Made by a program: the position numbers and the translations under genes. The notes under the pieces are model-generated. The model made no database searches. It worked only from the letters and a program-made list of their open reading frames with translations, and was not told the DNA's origin. A stretch of 64,000 nucleotides of DNA from Acidobacteriota bacterium (lineage in GTDB: Bacteria > Acidobacteriota > Blastocatellia > RBC074): NCBI GenBank assembly GCA_033763255.1, contig JANRKX010000087.1:40075-104074 (forward strand), in the 5' to 3' direction. Shown here in pieces: positions 29,576 through 39,625 of this stretch; position 1 is the first letter of the stretch; each line of letters begins with the position of its first letter.

Positions 29576-31171
29576 TCAGACATCGCTCTTCAACATCAAT
29601 GCCAACGTCTTCAGCAGTTTTTCCGCCGTGTAAGGTTTGTTCAAAAACGTCGTCACGCCCAGTTGAGCCGCTTCGGCCGTTTTCACATCCGACTTCAATC
29701 CGCTGGTGGCAATGATTTTGACCTTCGGGTCAAGCTTGCGAATGGCGCGAATCGTCGCCGGGCCGTCCATATACGGCATCAGCATGTCTGTGATGATGCA
29801 GCGGATCTCTTCCTTGCGCGAAGCGAAAATAGCCAACGCCTCTGTTCCGTCATTGGCAGTGACGGCTCTGTATCCGAATGCCTGCAAGGTTTCCTTCGCA
29901 ATTTCCCTGACCGCCAGTTCGTCATCCACAACCAGAATCAGTTCGCCATTGCCGACCGGCAAATCGCGTCGGGCTGGTTGAGCTTGTTGCGGCTGGCCGG
30001 AATCAATCGCCGGAACGTACACCTTGAATCGCGCGCCTTTGCCAAGTTCGCTGTAAACATTGACGAATCCGCCATGGCTGCGAACGATTCCGGCAACGGT
30101 CGAAAGTCCCAGCCCTGTTCCCTGCCCCTGTTCTTTGGTCGTAAAAAACGGATCGAAAATTTTGATCTGGTTCTGTTCGGGAATGCCTACGCCCGTGTCT
30201 GTAACGGAAATACGAATGTATCTGCCGGGGCGAGCTTCGACGTTCATGCGCGCGTAATGTTCGTCAATGTCCACATTTTCGACTTCGATGTGCAACTTTC
30301 CGCCGTTGGGCATGGCGTCGCGCGCGTTGACGCACAAATTCATCAACACCTGGTGAAGCTGCGTCGCGTCGCCTTTGACGTTCCACAAATCGTGCGCGAT
30401 GGAAAACGTGATTTCGACGTTTTTGGGCAAAGTGTCAGCCAGAATTTTGACGATCTCTTTAATCAGATGAGCCGGTTGCAAGGTGGCGTATTCGCCTTCG
30501 ACGCCGCGCGCGAACGACAGCACTTGCCGAATCATTTCGCTGCCGCGAATGGCGTTGGTGTGCAGAATGTTCAACAACCGCTGGCTGCTTTCGTCCGTGA
30601 ATCGCATTTGCAACAATTCGACTGCCGTCAAAATCGGCGACAACACGTTGTTCAAATCGTGAGCAATCCCGCCCGCCAAAGCGCCGATGCTTTCCATTCG
30701 CTGCGCGCGCAGGAATTGAGATTCAAGCCGTTTTTTCTCCGTCAGGTCGCGGATGATGACGGTGAACAGTTTGTGGCTGTCGGCTTCGACCTGAGAGATG
30801 GTGGCTTCGATAGGAAATTCTTCGCCATCGCCGCGCAATCCATAAAGCTGGCTCAGTTTTCCCATCGAACGTTGAGTCGTATTGGTTTCGCTGAAAACGC
30901 TGACATGACTTCGATGCGCCTCACGGAACCGTTCAGGGATGAACCGATCCAGATGCCTGCCCAAGGCCTCTGATGCCGAGCAACGGAACATCCTTTCCGC
31001 AGCAGCATTGAACAAGACAATCAAATGGTTTTCATCCACAGTAATGACAGCGTCCATTGCCGAAGCCAGAATGCCGGCCAGCATTGCTTCGTTCAGTCGC
31101 AGCGAGGCCGCAATCTGCGATCTCGTCTGGGTTTCTATTACCGCGTTGGAATCGCTCATTGAGTTTCCCAA
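29576..31171 (-). CDS. hybrid sensor histidine kinase (PAS-HisKA-HATPase-REC)
   Basis: Domains present are PAS, an H-box ([10 protein letters not shown]), N/G boxes (DTGVGIP, GTGLGLS) and a C-terminal receiver (LVVDDE...TDMLMP). Confidence 0.85.
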   Translation of the reverse strand: MGNSMSDSNAVIETQTRSQIAASLRLNEAMLAGILASAMDAVITVDENHLIVLFNAAAERMFRCSASEALGRHLDRFIPERFREAHRSHVSVFSETNTTQRSMGKLSQLYGLRGDGEEFPIEATISQVEADSHKLFTVIIRDLTEKKRLESQFLRAQRMESIGALAGGIAHDLNNVLSPILTAVELLQMRFTDESSQRLLNILHTNAIRGSEMIRQVLSFARGVEGEYATLQPAHLIKEIVKILADTLPKNVEITFSIAHDLWNVKGDATQLHQVLMNLCVNARDAMPNGGKLHIEVENVDIDEHYARMNVEARPGRYIRISVTDTGVGIPEQNQIKIFDPFFTTKEQGQGTGLGLSTVAGIVRSHGGFVNVYSELGKGARFKVYVPAIDSGQPQQAQPARRDLPVGNGELILVVDDELAVREIAKETLQAFGYRAVTANDGTEALAIFASRKEEIRCIITDMLMPYMDGPATIRAIRKLDPKVKIIATSGLKSDVKTAEAAQLGVTTFLNKPYTAEKLLKTLALMLKSDV

Positions 31172-31190
31172 AATTGAAGTTGGAGTTTCG

Positions 31191-31625
31191 TCAGGTAGTA
31201 TAACAAAGGCTTAGCCGTCTTTCGTCGCCGCCCAAATCGTTTATGGTCACCTGCACAGCTTGCGGAATCGCAACCGCGCCCAACCGTTCCGGCCATTCGA
31301 TCAAAACGACGGCATTCGGTTCATTGAGCATTTCTTCCAAACCAAGTTCAAACAGTTCATCGCCGCCGCCTTCAATGCGATACAAATCCAAATGATAAAA
31401 CCGCATACGGCCTTCGTGCTGATTGACCAGCGTAAACGTAGGGCTGTTGACCTCTGCCGGATCAACGTCCAATCCGGCGGCAATACCTTTGGCAAAAACG
31501 GTTTTGCCCGCGCCCAAATCACCTTCCAGCAGAAAGACGGTTGGCGAGGTGATGGCTTCGCCGATGCCGTAGGCCAGCTCAAAGGTTTCTTCGGCAGAGC
31601 GAGTTATAAACTCTTCTCTGTGCAT
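31191..31625 (-). CDS. tsaE: tRNA threonylcarbamoyladenosine biosynthesis ATPase TsaE
   Basis: The P-loop GDLGAGKT and the TsaE/YjeE pattern are present. The start is taken at MHREEF. Confidence 0.85.
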   Translation of the reverse strand: MHREEFITRSAEETFELAYGIGEAITSPTVFLLEGDLGAGKTVFAKGIAAGLDVDPAEVNSPTFTLVNQHEGRMRFYHLDLYRIEGGGDELFELGLEEMLNEPNAVVLIEWPERLGAVAIPQAVQVTINDLGGDERRLSLCYTT

Positions 31626-31626
31626 A

Positions 31627-31722
31627 AAATCAAAAGGCAAAAGGCAAATATCAAAAATCAAAAGTCAGAGAAGAAGGTTCCGCCCTTTTGCTTTTACATT
31701 TTTGATATTTGCCTTTTGATTT
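31627..31722. repeat. long AT-rich imperfect inverted repeat (arms about 35 nt) in the nnr-tsaE junction
   Basis: aaatcaaaaggcaaa(aggcaaa)tatcaaaaatcaaaag pairs with cttttgcttttacatttttgatatttgccttttgattt. The right arm overlaps the nnr stop codon. The local A/T content is striking in this GC-rich genome. Confidence 0.5.
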
Positions 31723-33370
31723 CTCCCCTCTCCGCGTCGCCGCCGACTTGCAGAATCGCTTCGCTCAAGTTGGCGATGATGTCCGAAGCGATCATCGAAC
31801 GCATTCCCAGCTTGCTGGCCGCAAGGTCGCCAGCAACTCCGTGCAAGTACACTCCAGCGATGGTCGCGCCAAGCGCGTCTTTTCGCCCAAGCCAATCTGG
31901 CGGCGATTGAGCCAGCAAACCGGCAATCAATCCGGTCAACACGTCGCCCGAACCCGCTGTAGCCATTCCGGCGTTGCCAGTTGGATTGACGTAAACATTT
32001 CCGTCAGGAGCGGCTATCAAACTTCGGCTGCCTTTCAAAACGACGATGACGTGATGTTTGGTGGCGAATTCACGTGCAACGCCGATCCGGTCGGCTTGAA
32101 CGTCGGCGTTTGTTTTCCCAATCAATCGGGCCATTTCTCCCGGATGCGGCGTGATGATGATCGGCAATTCGTCCGAGCCTTTTAGTTCATCTGGCCAAGG
32201 AGCCAGTGCGCTTAACCCATCGGCGTCAATAACCATCGGCGCGGTTCTTCGCTCGACCAGTTCGCGGACGAAAGTTCGCGCGCTTTCTTCGGTGGAGGAA
32301 AGCCCAGGCCCGACGGCGATGACGGTCTTCTTTTCCGCCAGACGCAAAGCCTGCTCGACGGCTTCTTGAGAAATCGCTCCGTCAAAGGTTTCGGCCAAAG
32401 CTTCGGTCATCACTTCGGATTTGGTTTGCGTGACCAACAAACTCAAAGCCGATTTCGCCGTCGCCACCGTCACCAAACCTGCTCCGGCGCGCAACACGCT
32501 TTCCGAAGCCAACGCCGCCGCGCCCGTCTTTCCGCGCGAGCCAGCAATCAACAACACGTCACCGACAGAGTTTTTGTGAGCGTAAGATGTTCGGCGCGAA
32601 TTGTTGAGCCACCTTTTGATTTCCGGTTCTTCGACAAGTTCAAGCTGCGAACCAATTTCGTGAATCAACCAGCCCGGCGTTCCGATAGGCGCAACCACAA
32701 GTTTTCCGTTCGATTCGCAAGCTGGCGAAAGTACGTTGCCAAGCTTCGGCGCCGTGAAGGAAACAGTTAAATCTGCGCGGACGTGCAAATTGGCAGAATC
32801 GCCGCTGTCCGACGAAATTCCTGAAGGAATGTCCACAGCGATGACTGCCGCAAATCGAGAGTCATCTTCGACATTCCTGTTCAGAGTTCTGATGGCTTGA
32901 GCGTATAACCCTTCTGCTTCTCTGGTCAGACCTGTACCCAATAACGCATCAATGAAAAAATTCGGTGTGTAAGTAAACCAAGCTTTTTCTTCTGTTGTAA
33001 TCTCCTCGAAAAAGAGTTTGCCACTTCCAAAGCCAACTATTGGTTCACCAAATAACTTCACGGCTTCAAAATTTGCTCTCGCCTCACCTTTTGTGTCTTC
33101 GACTTTTCCAAACAAAAAAACTCTGACCGTTGCCCCGCGCAAAAAAAGAAGCCGAGCAATGACGGCTCCGTCTCCACCATTATTTCCCTTGCCGCAGAAA
33201 ACTGCGAATGATTTGTTTTCGACCGAGCCGTAATTTTCAATGATTGCTTCAACCACGCGGCTGCCCGCCGTTTCCATCAACGTCGCGTAAGAAATCCCGC
33301 AGCGTTCGACGGTCAGCCGGTCAAGCTCTCGCATTTGTTGGGCGGTCAGGATTTTCATGGATAGCGGCAT
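31694..33370 (-). CDS. nnr: bifunctional NAD(P)H-hydrate repair enzyme (epimerase/dehydratase)
   Basis: The N-terminal YjeF-N domain (FCGKGNNGGDG) and C-terminal carbohydrate-kinase-like dehydratase domain are present. Confidence 0.85.
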   Translation of the reverse strand: MPLSMKILTAQQMRELDRLTVERCGISYATLMETAGSRVVEAIIENYGSVENKSFAVFCGKGNNGGDGAVIARLLFLRGATVRVFLFGKVEDTKGEARANFEAVKLFGEPIVGFGSGKLFFEEITTEEKAWFTYTPNFFIDALLGTGLTREAEGLYAQAIRTLNRNVEDDSRFAAVIAVDIPSGISSDSGDSANLHVRADLTVSFTAPKLGNVLSPACESNGKLVVAPIGTPGWLIHEIGSQLELVEEPEIKRWLNNSRRTSYAHKNSVGDVLLIAGSRGKTGAAALASESVLRAGAGLVTVATAKSALSLLVTQTKSEVMTEALAETFDGAISQEAVEQALRLAEKKTVIAVGPGLSSTEESARTFVRELVERRTAPMVIDADGLSALAPWPDELKGSDELPIIITPHPGEMARLIGKTNADVQADRIGVAREFATKHHVIVVLKGSRSLIAAPDGNVYVNPTGNAGMATAGSGDVLTGLIAGLLAQSPPDWLGRKDALGATIAGVYLHGVAGDLAASKLGMRSMIASDIIANLSEAILQVGGDAERGEIKRQISKM

Positions 33371-33468
33371 TATCGCTTTACGAAAAAAGAGCGCAAGAAG
33401 CCAGATCGGCGACTTACGCTCTTTGCAGAAAACCCGCTTCCTACCGGTCGCGGTACTGATCCTATGGG

Positions 33469-34740
33469 CTAATCAGCCTTCGGTTCAGGTTTGAAGCCGA
33501 GCTTTTTGGTTTCGTTCCACAACTCGTTCCAGCCAAGAGTCGTTTTGCGGTAAGCCGATTCGCGTCCCAGGATGGCCATGAAGGTGCTTTCGACGCCGTA
33601 CTTGGTGTCGTTGCGATACTTGTCTTCGCCTTCGCCTTTGCCCAAAACACTGGCGACGAAGGTTGCCGCTTCCTGATCGTAATGCTTGTCGTCGCCTCCT
33701 TCGTATCGGTAAATCGGAGCAGGATTCGGTTCTTTGCGCGTTGGGATGGCTTCGATGCGAACGCCGCCCGTGCCGCCTCTGCCCGCCGAAGTGGTGAACA
33801 CGCCCTTAGTTCCGCGAATGGTTTCCGACACGTCGCCGCGAACGCCGTCCACTTGAACGCAGGTATTGCTTAGCAAAACTCCATTGTCGTATTCGTAATT
33901 GATGGCGAAATGATCGTGAATGTCGCCAAGTCCGTCGCGTTTGTCGAACACCGAACTAATGCCTGCGGCTCGCACCGGAGTCTTGTTCAAGAACCAACTG
34001 ATGACGTCAATGTTGTGGATGTTTTGTTCGACGATGTGATCGCCCGACAGCCATTTGAAGAAGTACCAATACTGGATTTCAAAATCCAGTTGCGATTTCC
34101 AGTCGGCGCGTTTGCCACGACGTTCGCCCCAGATTTTGCCCATGTCCCAGGCCGAATGCGCCATCACCGCTTGTCCCATTGCGCCTTCGTCAAACAGTTT
34201 TTTGGCCGCGCGATAAGCTTTGGAATAATGGCGCTGCAATCCGACGACAACGCTCAAGTTCAGCTTTTTGGCTTTTTCGCCGGCTTCCATTACGGTGTGG
34301 CAACCGGGAACGTCAACGGCCAGAGGCTTTTCGGCGAAGATGTGTTTTTTGGCGGCGACGGCAGCTTTGAAATGTTCCGGGCGAAATCCCGGAGGCGTGA
34401 CAAGCAACACGGCATCCACTTTGGAACCCATAATTTCTTTGTACGCATCAATGCCCACGTGAGCATTTTTGGCATCCACACTAAATTTGGTTGCGGCTTT
34501 GTCAGTCTGGGTTTTGAAATAATCGGCAACGGCAACAATCTTGGCTTCTTTGGTTTGTTCCAGCAGTTGAGCGTCGCGGGTTCCTTGCCCGCCGCAACCG
34601 ACGAAGCCGACTTCGACCATGGAATTGGCCGCCGAACCGCGAACGGATTCGGCTTTAACGATGGTGAACGTGGAGGCGGCAGCGGTCACAGCCGCGCCTT
34701 TGACAATTGTCCTGCGCGATACGAGGTCTTGCTTTTTCAT
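33469..34740 (-). CDS. Gfo/Idh/MocA-family oxidoreductase with a twin-arginine signal
   Basis: The Tat-like N-terminus SRRTIVKGAAVTAAAS is present. The Rossmann motif is GFVGCGGQG. A gggaga RBS is present. Confidence 0.8.
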   Translation of the reverse strand: MKKQDLVSRRTIVKGAAVTAAASTFTIVKAESVRGSAANSMVEVGFVGCGGQGTRDAQLLEQTKEAKIVAVADYFKTQTDKAATKFSVDAKNAHVGIDAYKEIMGSKVDAVLLVTPPGFRPEHFKAAVAAKKHIFAEKPLAVDVPGCHTVMEAGEKAKKLNLSVVVGLQRHYSKAYRAAKKLFDEGAMGQAVMAHSAWDMGKIWGERRGKRADWKSQLDFEIQYWYFFKWLSGDHIVEQNIHNIDVISWFLNKTPVRAAGISSVFDKRDGLGDIHDHFAINYEYDNGVLLSNTCVQVDGVRGDVSETIRGTKGVFTTSAGRGGTGGVRIEAIPTRKEPNPAPIYRYEGGDDKHYDQEAATFVASVLGKGEGEDKYRNDTKYGVESTFMAILGRESAYRKTTLGWNELWNETKKLGFKPEPKAD

Positions 34741-35283
34741 AGTCTCCCCTTGGTATGGTGGTGGCAAAGCTGTTCAAGCTTTATACCAATGATTTCACTG
34801 TTGATGTTTGAGAATGCGATTGAACGCCCGGAGTGCGGTGTCGCTGCCAGACAACGACGCGCGGATTTTAGTCAACTGGCTCCCGTTTGGCAAAACTTGG
34901 TTTGCCCGCTTTTCCTTGCCGCAAAGCAAAAAGGTTCTGAACTGTTGAACCAAATCCGGCGGTTTTGCCCTGCAAATGCAAGAATCCAGAAATGATAAAT
35001 TGACAAGGCAAAGATGAGAAAAGATAATTAGCCGCCTTTGGAAAGCAGATAGCACAGGCCTCGCTAAAGATCATTGCCCCTTCGTTGCAAAAGAAAACTA
35101 CCGACAGACGACGGAGTTTTATTTCCCGTCCGAACTCAAAATTTATGGCCTTGAGCAAAAGCTTCAAAGCGATTCAAATGAAAGGGTCAGTCCTCCACAA
35201 GGCTGATAAATTCATCACCCAAAAATTCCGCAGCTACACGCTGCAAGCCGGAACATTGCCCGTGGTTTAGCGGAGGTGGAACA

Positions 35284-37143
35284 GTGTCCGAAGAGAAGAT
35301 CAATTCATCAAATCAAACAGATCAATCAGATGCACCAAGCTGGGAAGCCCAGCTTCAAGCCCGCGCGAATGAATTCTTGAATCAACGCGTCGGCACACTC
35401 AAATCCGAAATCGAACGTCTGCAATCAACCATCGCCGAAATCGGGGCAAAACTGACCGAGCAGGCTCAGCCGGTTGCCACTCCTGAAGAATCGTCAGGAC
35501 TGTTGGATTACGTTCGCCAATTGTTCAGCGATTCGACTTCAAAGGCGGAACAGGATTTCGAAAAACGCCTGACCGATGCTCAGCAATCCAACGAAACCGA
35601 GTTCCAGAAACGTCTGGAAAATGCCTGCTCCGAAGCGGCAGCCATCGCCCGGCGTGAATCGGAAAGCCAGATAGAGGATTTGCGCGAACAACTGGACGCC
35701 AGCCGCAAGGCTCTGACGTTGGCGGTTTCGTCTTCGCAATCGGCGGCTTCGCAAGCTTCAAGCCTGGAACAGTTGAAATCTGCCATCGAGGAAATTGATT
35801 CGCAACGCACACAATCGGACACGTTGGCTGCGCTGGTTCGCCGTGCGTCGCAGTTTTCACCGCGCATCGTGTTTTTCGTCGTCAAAGGCAACGAAGCCGT
35901 CGGCTGGAAAGCATCCGGTTTCGACAACGGTTTGAATGACGAAACCGTCCGGCTGTTGTCGGTTGGAACGCAAAACCAAACCTTGTTGCGCGAAGCGTTG
36001 ACGACTTTCAACGTGGCCAAAGCGCGTTCGGCTTCACCCGGAGAAAATTCCGCTGTGTTGGGGTTGTACGGTTCGCCCGCGCCGGAAACCGCTGTGGCGA
36101 TTCCACTGGTCGTTCGCGGCAAAGCCGCCGCTGTGCTGTATGCCGATTCCGGCACGCAATCAGAAAACGACATTGCCGCCGCCGCCCTGGAAACATTGAT
36201 GCGAGTGGCGAGCATGGGAATTGAATTGTTGCCGTCTCGTCGTGGCGTAGAACCGGTTCGTCCGGCTGGGCCACCGCCGCAATTAAGCACTCCATCAACA
36301 TCTGCGTCTGCCACTGCTGCTGCGATGGCTCCTGAACCGGTTGCTGCCCCAGAACCCGTCGTGCCGCCAACGCCTGAGCCGGTCGTTGCGGCTCCGATTG
36401 TCGAAGCTCCCAAACCAGTTGCTCCGGTTGTCGAAGCCGTTGAATCTTATGTCGCCGACGAACTGGCCGAACCCAAACGAATTACAGAAGAGTTGCCGCC
36501 GCCTGAATTCACGCCGCAACTAAGCAACTTTGCCGGTACAGAACCGGCTTTGCATTCGGCGAAGACGGAACCCGACATAGAAGAAGTCGCTGAAACTCCA
36601 GAGCCTGAACCGTCTGAACCAGTAGCCGCGCCAACACCGATTTTCGAGCATCCTCGCTTTGAAGCGGTGGCTCCGCCACCGCCACCTCCCGCGCCACCGA
36701 TTTATGCCGCGCCTTCGCAAAACGATTTTCCGCTGCCTGTCGCCGCCGAAACTCCGAAGTTTGAACCGCCTGCCATCGAACCGCCTGCGTTCACTTCGCC
36801 TGTGGTCGAAGCTCCGCGCCCGGCGCAACCGGTGATGGCGATTCCGACAGCGACCAGCGAAACCGAACAGCGCGCACACAATGACGCCAGGCGATTTGCG
36901 CGTTTGCTGGTTTCGGAAATCAAACTGTACAACGCCGCAAAAGTCACCGAAGGCCGTCGCAGCTTGGATTTGTATGACCGATTGCGTGACGAAATTGATC
37001 GCAGCCGCAAGGTTTACGACAAGCGCGTTTCGCCCGCCGTCGCCACCCGGTTTGACTACTTTTACGATGAACTGGTGCAGACGTTGGCCGAAGGCGATGA
37101 CGCCAAGTTAGGGCCAAATTGTCCCGGCCCGGTTGTACAGTGA
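35284..37143 (+). CDS. large modular hypothetical protein: N-terminal coiled coil, GAF-like domain, long Pro/Ala/Glu-rich linker and a conserved basic C-terminal helical module
   Basis: The 619-aa ORF includes PEPV/APEPV repeats and a C-terminal RRFARLLVSEIKLYN... Confidence 0.6.
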   Translation: MSEEKINSSNQTDQSDAPSWEAQLQARANEFLNQRVGTLKSEIERLQSTIAEIGAKLTEQAQPVATPEESSGLLDYVRQLFSDSTSKAEQDFEKRLTDAQQSNETEFQKRLENACSEAAAIARRESESQIEDLREQLDASRKALTLAVSSSQSAASQASSLEQLKSAIEEIDSQRTQSDTLAALVRRASQFSPRIVFFVVKGNEAVGWKASGFDNGLNDETVRLLSVGTQNQTLLREALTTFNVAKARSASPGENSAVLGLYGSPAPETAVAIPLVVRGKAAAVLYADSGTQSENDIAAAALETLMRVASMGIELLPSRRGVEPVRPAGPPPQLSTPSTSASATAAAMAPEPVAAPEPVVPPTPEPVVAAPIVEAPKPVAPVVEAVESYVADELAEPKRITEELPPPEFTPQLSNFAGTEPALHSAKTEPDIEEVAETPEPEPSEPVAAPTPIFEHPRFEAVAPPPPPPAPPIYAAPSQNDFPLPVAAETPKFEPPAIEPPAFTSPVVEAPRPAQPVMAIPTATSETEQRAHNDARRFARLLVSEIKLYNAAKVTEGRRSLDLYDRLRDEIDRSRKVYDKRVSPAVATRFDYFYDELVQTLAEGDDAKLGPNCPGPVVQ

Positions 37144-37310
37144 ACTGATGAGGGGGGACGGAGTGAAGGAGCGATAGAGAGCCAGAGTGAGCGCGAGTAA
37201 AAAGCTCATTGTCGTTCAATCATCCATCCCTCCTTCTCTCTTTTCCCTCTATCTGTATCCCGCAGTCGTTGAAGCGCCCCCTTTGGCTGAAGCATTTCAA
37301 AGGAGTAAGC

Positions 37311-39545
37311 ATGAAGGCCTTCCCCAAAGTTATTTCCCTGACAAACCGCAGCAAAACTCTGATTCAGATTCTGATCCTGATTGTTGCGTTGATCGCGCCC
37401 GACAAAATCGTGGCGCAAACGCGCAGCGATGGTTCTCAACTGCGTTCCGCCGCAGCCGCCAATTCCGAAACTGAACTGCAAAAAATCGAAGCCACGATGG
37501 CCGGAACCGAATCCGCCGGATTGGCGCGATTGCTGCGCGGATATTTGCGGTTGCAGGCCAGGGATTTTTCGACCGCGATTACGCTGCTCAGCGATTCGTC
37601 CATTGCGCGGCTGACAGGGTTGGGCGATTACGCAGCGTACTTTCGCGCTCAGGCTTTGCAGCAAGCGGCAGTCACAACCGGTCGCACCGAAGACGCTGAA
37701 CGCGAGTTCCGATTGCTGGCGCAAACTTATCCGACTTCGTTGCTGGCGCGCGAAGCGATTTTACAGGCAGCCAATCTGGCGATGACACGCGGCGATTATC
37801 AAACGGCGGCAGACACCGTTGCGTTGCTGGCGGAAAAAGATGACGGCGCAGCGTTAAAACTTCGAGCCGATTGCCTGGAAAAACTTGGCCGTCCAAACGA
37901 AGCCGTCCTGACGTTGCGAAAACTCTTTTTTGACGCTCCGCAATCGCCCGAAGCGGAAAAGATCGGTGACCGTTTGGCGGCGCTGGGCGGTTCGACCGCA
38001 GCGGGCGATGTTTCCATGTTGCGCCGCCGCGCAGACAAACTTTCAGATGCGCGGTTGTACGCGCTGGCCGGAGCGGCTTACGAACAAATCGTTCGCCAAT
38101 TTCCGAACTCCGCCACAGACGAAGCCTGGCTGCGAGCGGGCATCAGCTATTACAAAGCCGATTCGTTCAAACAATCCGCTGACGCTCTGATGAAAGTTCG
38201 TGCGCGCACGCCGAAAATGGCGGCTGACGCGCTGTACCATTTGGGCTTGGCGCAGCTTTCGTTGAAAGCTGACACGGCTGCGATTCAAACGCTTTCTGAC
38301 CTTCGCAAATCGTCGCCATCCAGCGACCGCGTCGGCGATTTGCTGTACGCAATTGGCCGGTATTACGAAAAACGCGAACGCGGCGATCAGGCTTCGGCGT
38401 TTTACACACAGTTGATTCGCCAGTTTCCGCAATCGCCAAATTCCGACGAAGCCCATTTCTGGATGGCTTGGCGCGCTCACGAAGCCAAAGACCAGACCAC
38501 AGCCGCCCGGCTGTTGACCGAACATCTGGCCAATTACGGCACGGTCACGGACAACCGCGGCAAAGCGGCGTTTTGGGCAGCGGTGAACACCGAACGTTCC
38601 GGCGACAAAGCACGCGCGATGACGCTTTACCAAGCCATGCTCAAACGTTATGGCGCGGGCTGGTTCGGCCTGAACGCCGAACGCCGCATCGAACGATTGA
38701 CCCGCGAAGGCGTTCGCCCGCGAAGTGCAGATTCCGATCTGGTGCTGCGTCGCGCAGTCGAAGGGCTGCAAACCATCAACCTGCCGCGGGAAACAATCAA
38801 AGATTCTGACCGCGAACGAGTTCGCAAAGCCGAATTGCTGATGCAGATTGCGTTGCACCAGCAGGCCAACGCTGAATTGGAAGCGGCACGCCAAAACGCT
38901 CCGAATTCGCCGCTGGTCAATTTGCGAATCGCGCAAATCTTCCGCACACAAGGCGAAAACGTCGCTGCGATCAACGCGCTCAAACGCTCTTACCCGGATT
39001 ACGGACAAACGCTGCCCGAAGAAATGTCGCGCGAAGTTTGGGATGTGTTTTACCCGCTGAAATGGTGGTCGAACATCAAGGAAGAAGCCCGCCGCCACAA
39101 CCTTGACCCGTATCAAATCGCCGGACTGATTCGGCAGGAAACGGTGTTCAACCACATGGCGCGCAGCCGAGCCAATGCGCTGGGCGTGATGCAATTACTG
39201 CCTTCGACCGCCAAAGCCGTTGCGCGTTCAAACAACGCTGGCGCAATTTCGGCCAACGATCTGTTCAACCCGAATCTGAACATCAAACTCGGCGTGGCTT
39301 ATGTGAAACAGTTGCAGAATGAATTCAGGAGCTTTGAATATGTCGCCGCCGCTTATAATGGAGGCGAAACTCGCGTCCGCCGCTGGCTTCGTGAATGGCC
39401 GAGCATGGACATCGAAGATTGGGTGGAAGCGATTCCACTGAGTGAAACCCGACTGTACGTGCAGGGCGTTTACCGCAACACGCGAATCTATCAACGGCTT
39501 TACGACGATCAAGGCCGGTTTCGCGCCAATGTGCCGGAGCGGTAA
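37311..39545 (+). CDS. soluble lytic murein transglycosylase (Slt70-like; TPR superhelix plus SLT domain), exported
   Basis: A signal peptide is present, followed by a long TPR-like region. The C-terminal SLT domain carries a catalytic E (GLIRQETVFN) and AAYNGGETRV. A ggag RBS precedes the ATG at 37311. Confidence 0.8.
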   Translation: MKAFPKVISLTNRSKTLIQILILIVALIAPDKIVAQTRSDGSQLRSAAAANSETELQKIEATMAGTESAGLARLLRGYLRLQARDFSTAITLLSDSSIARLTGLGDYAAYFRAQALQQAAVTTGRTEDAEREFRLLAQTYPTSLLAREAILQAANLAMTRGDYQTAADTVALLAEKDDGAALKLRADCLEKLGRPNEAVLTLRKLFFDAPQSPEAEKIGDRLAALGGSTAAGDVSMLRRRADKLSDARLYALAGAAYEQIVRQFPNSATDEAWLRAGISYYKADSFKQSADALMKVRARTPKMAADALYHLGLAQLSLKADTAAIQTLSDLRKSSPSSDRVGDLLYAIGRYYEKRERGDQASAFYTQLIRQFPQSPNSDEAHFWMAWRAHEAKDQTTAARLLTEHLANYGTVTDNRGKAAFWAAVNTERSGDKARAMTLYQAMLKRYGAGWFGLNAERRIERLTREGVRPRSADSDLVLRRAVEGLQTINLPRETIKDSDRERVRKAELLMQIALHQQANAELEAARQNAPNSPLVNLRIAQIFRTQGENVAAINALKRSYPDYGQTLPEEMSREVWDVFYPLKWWSNIKEEARRHNLDPYQIAGLIRQETVFNHMARSRANALGVMQLLPSTAKAVARSNNAGAISANDLFNPNLNIKLGVAYVKQLQNEFRSFEYVAAAYNGGETRVRRWLREWPSMDIEDWVEAIPLSETRLYVQGVYRNTRIYQRLYDDQGRFRANVPER

Positions 39546-39569
39546 TACGCGCGAACTACTGACAAACAA

Positions 39570-39608
39570 AAAGCGGAGAGACTGAAGAAGCCTCTCCGCT
39601 TTTTGTTT
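39570..39608. terminator. bidirectional terminator between the convergent slt and secA genes
   Basis: The motif is aaaaAGCGGAGAG-actgaagaag-CCTCTCCGCT followed by ttttgttt. Confidence 0.65.
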
Positions 39609-39625
39609 ATTCGGCGCTGCTCTGA

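Noticed and set aside
29663-30973. 436-aa + strand ORF inside the histidine kinase gene
   Set aside because: It is an antisense shadow ORF.
38043-39194. 383-aa minus-strand ORF inside the slt gene
   Set aside because: It is an antisense shadow ORF.
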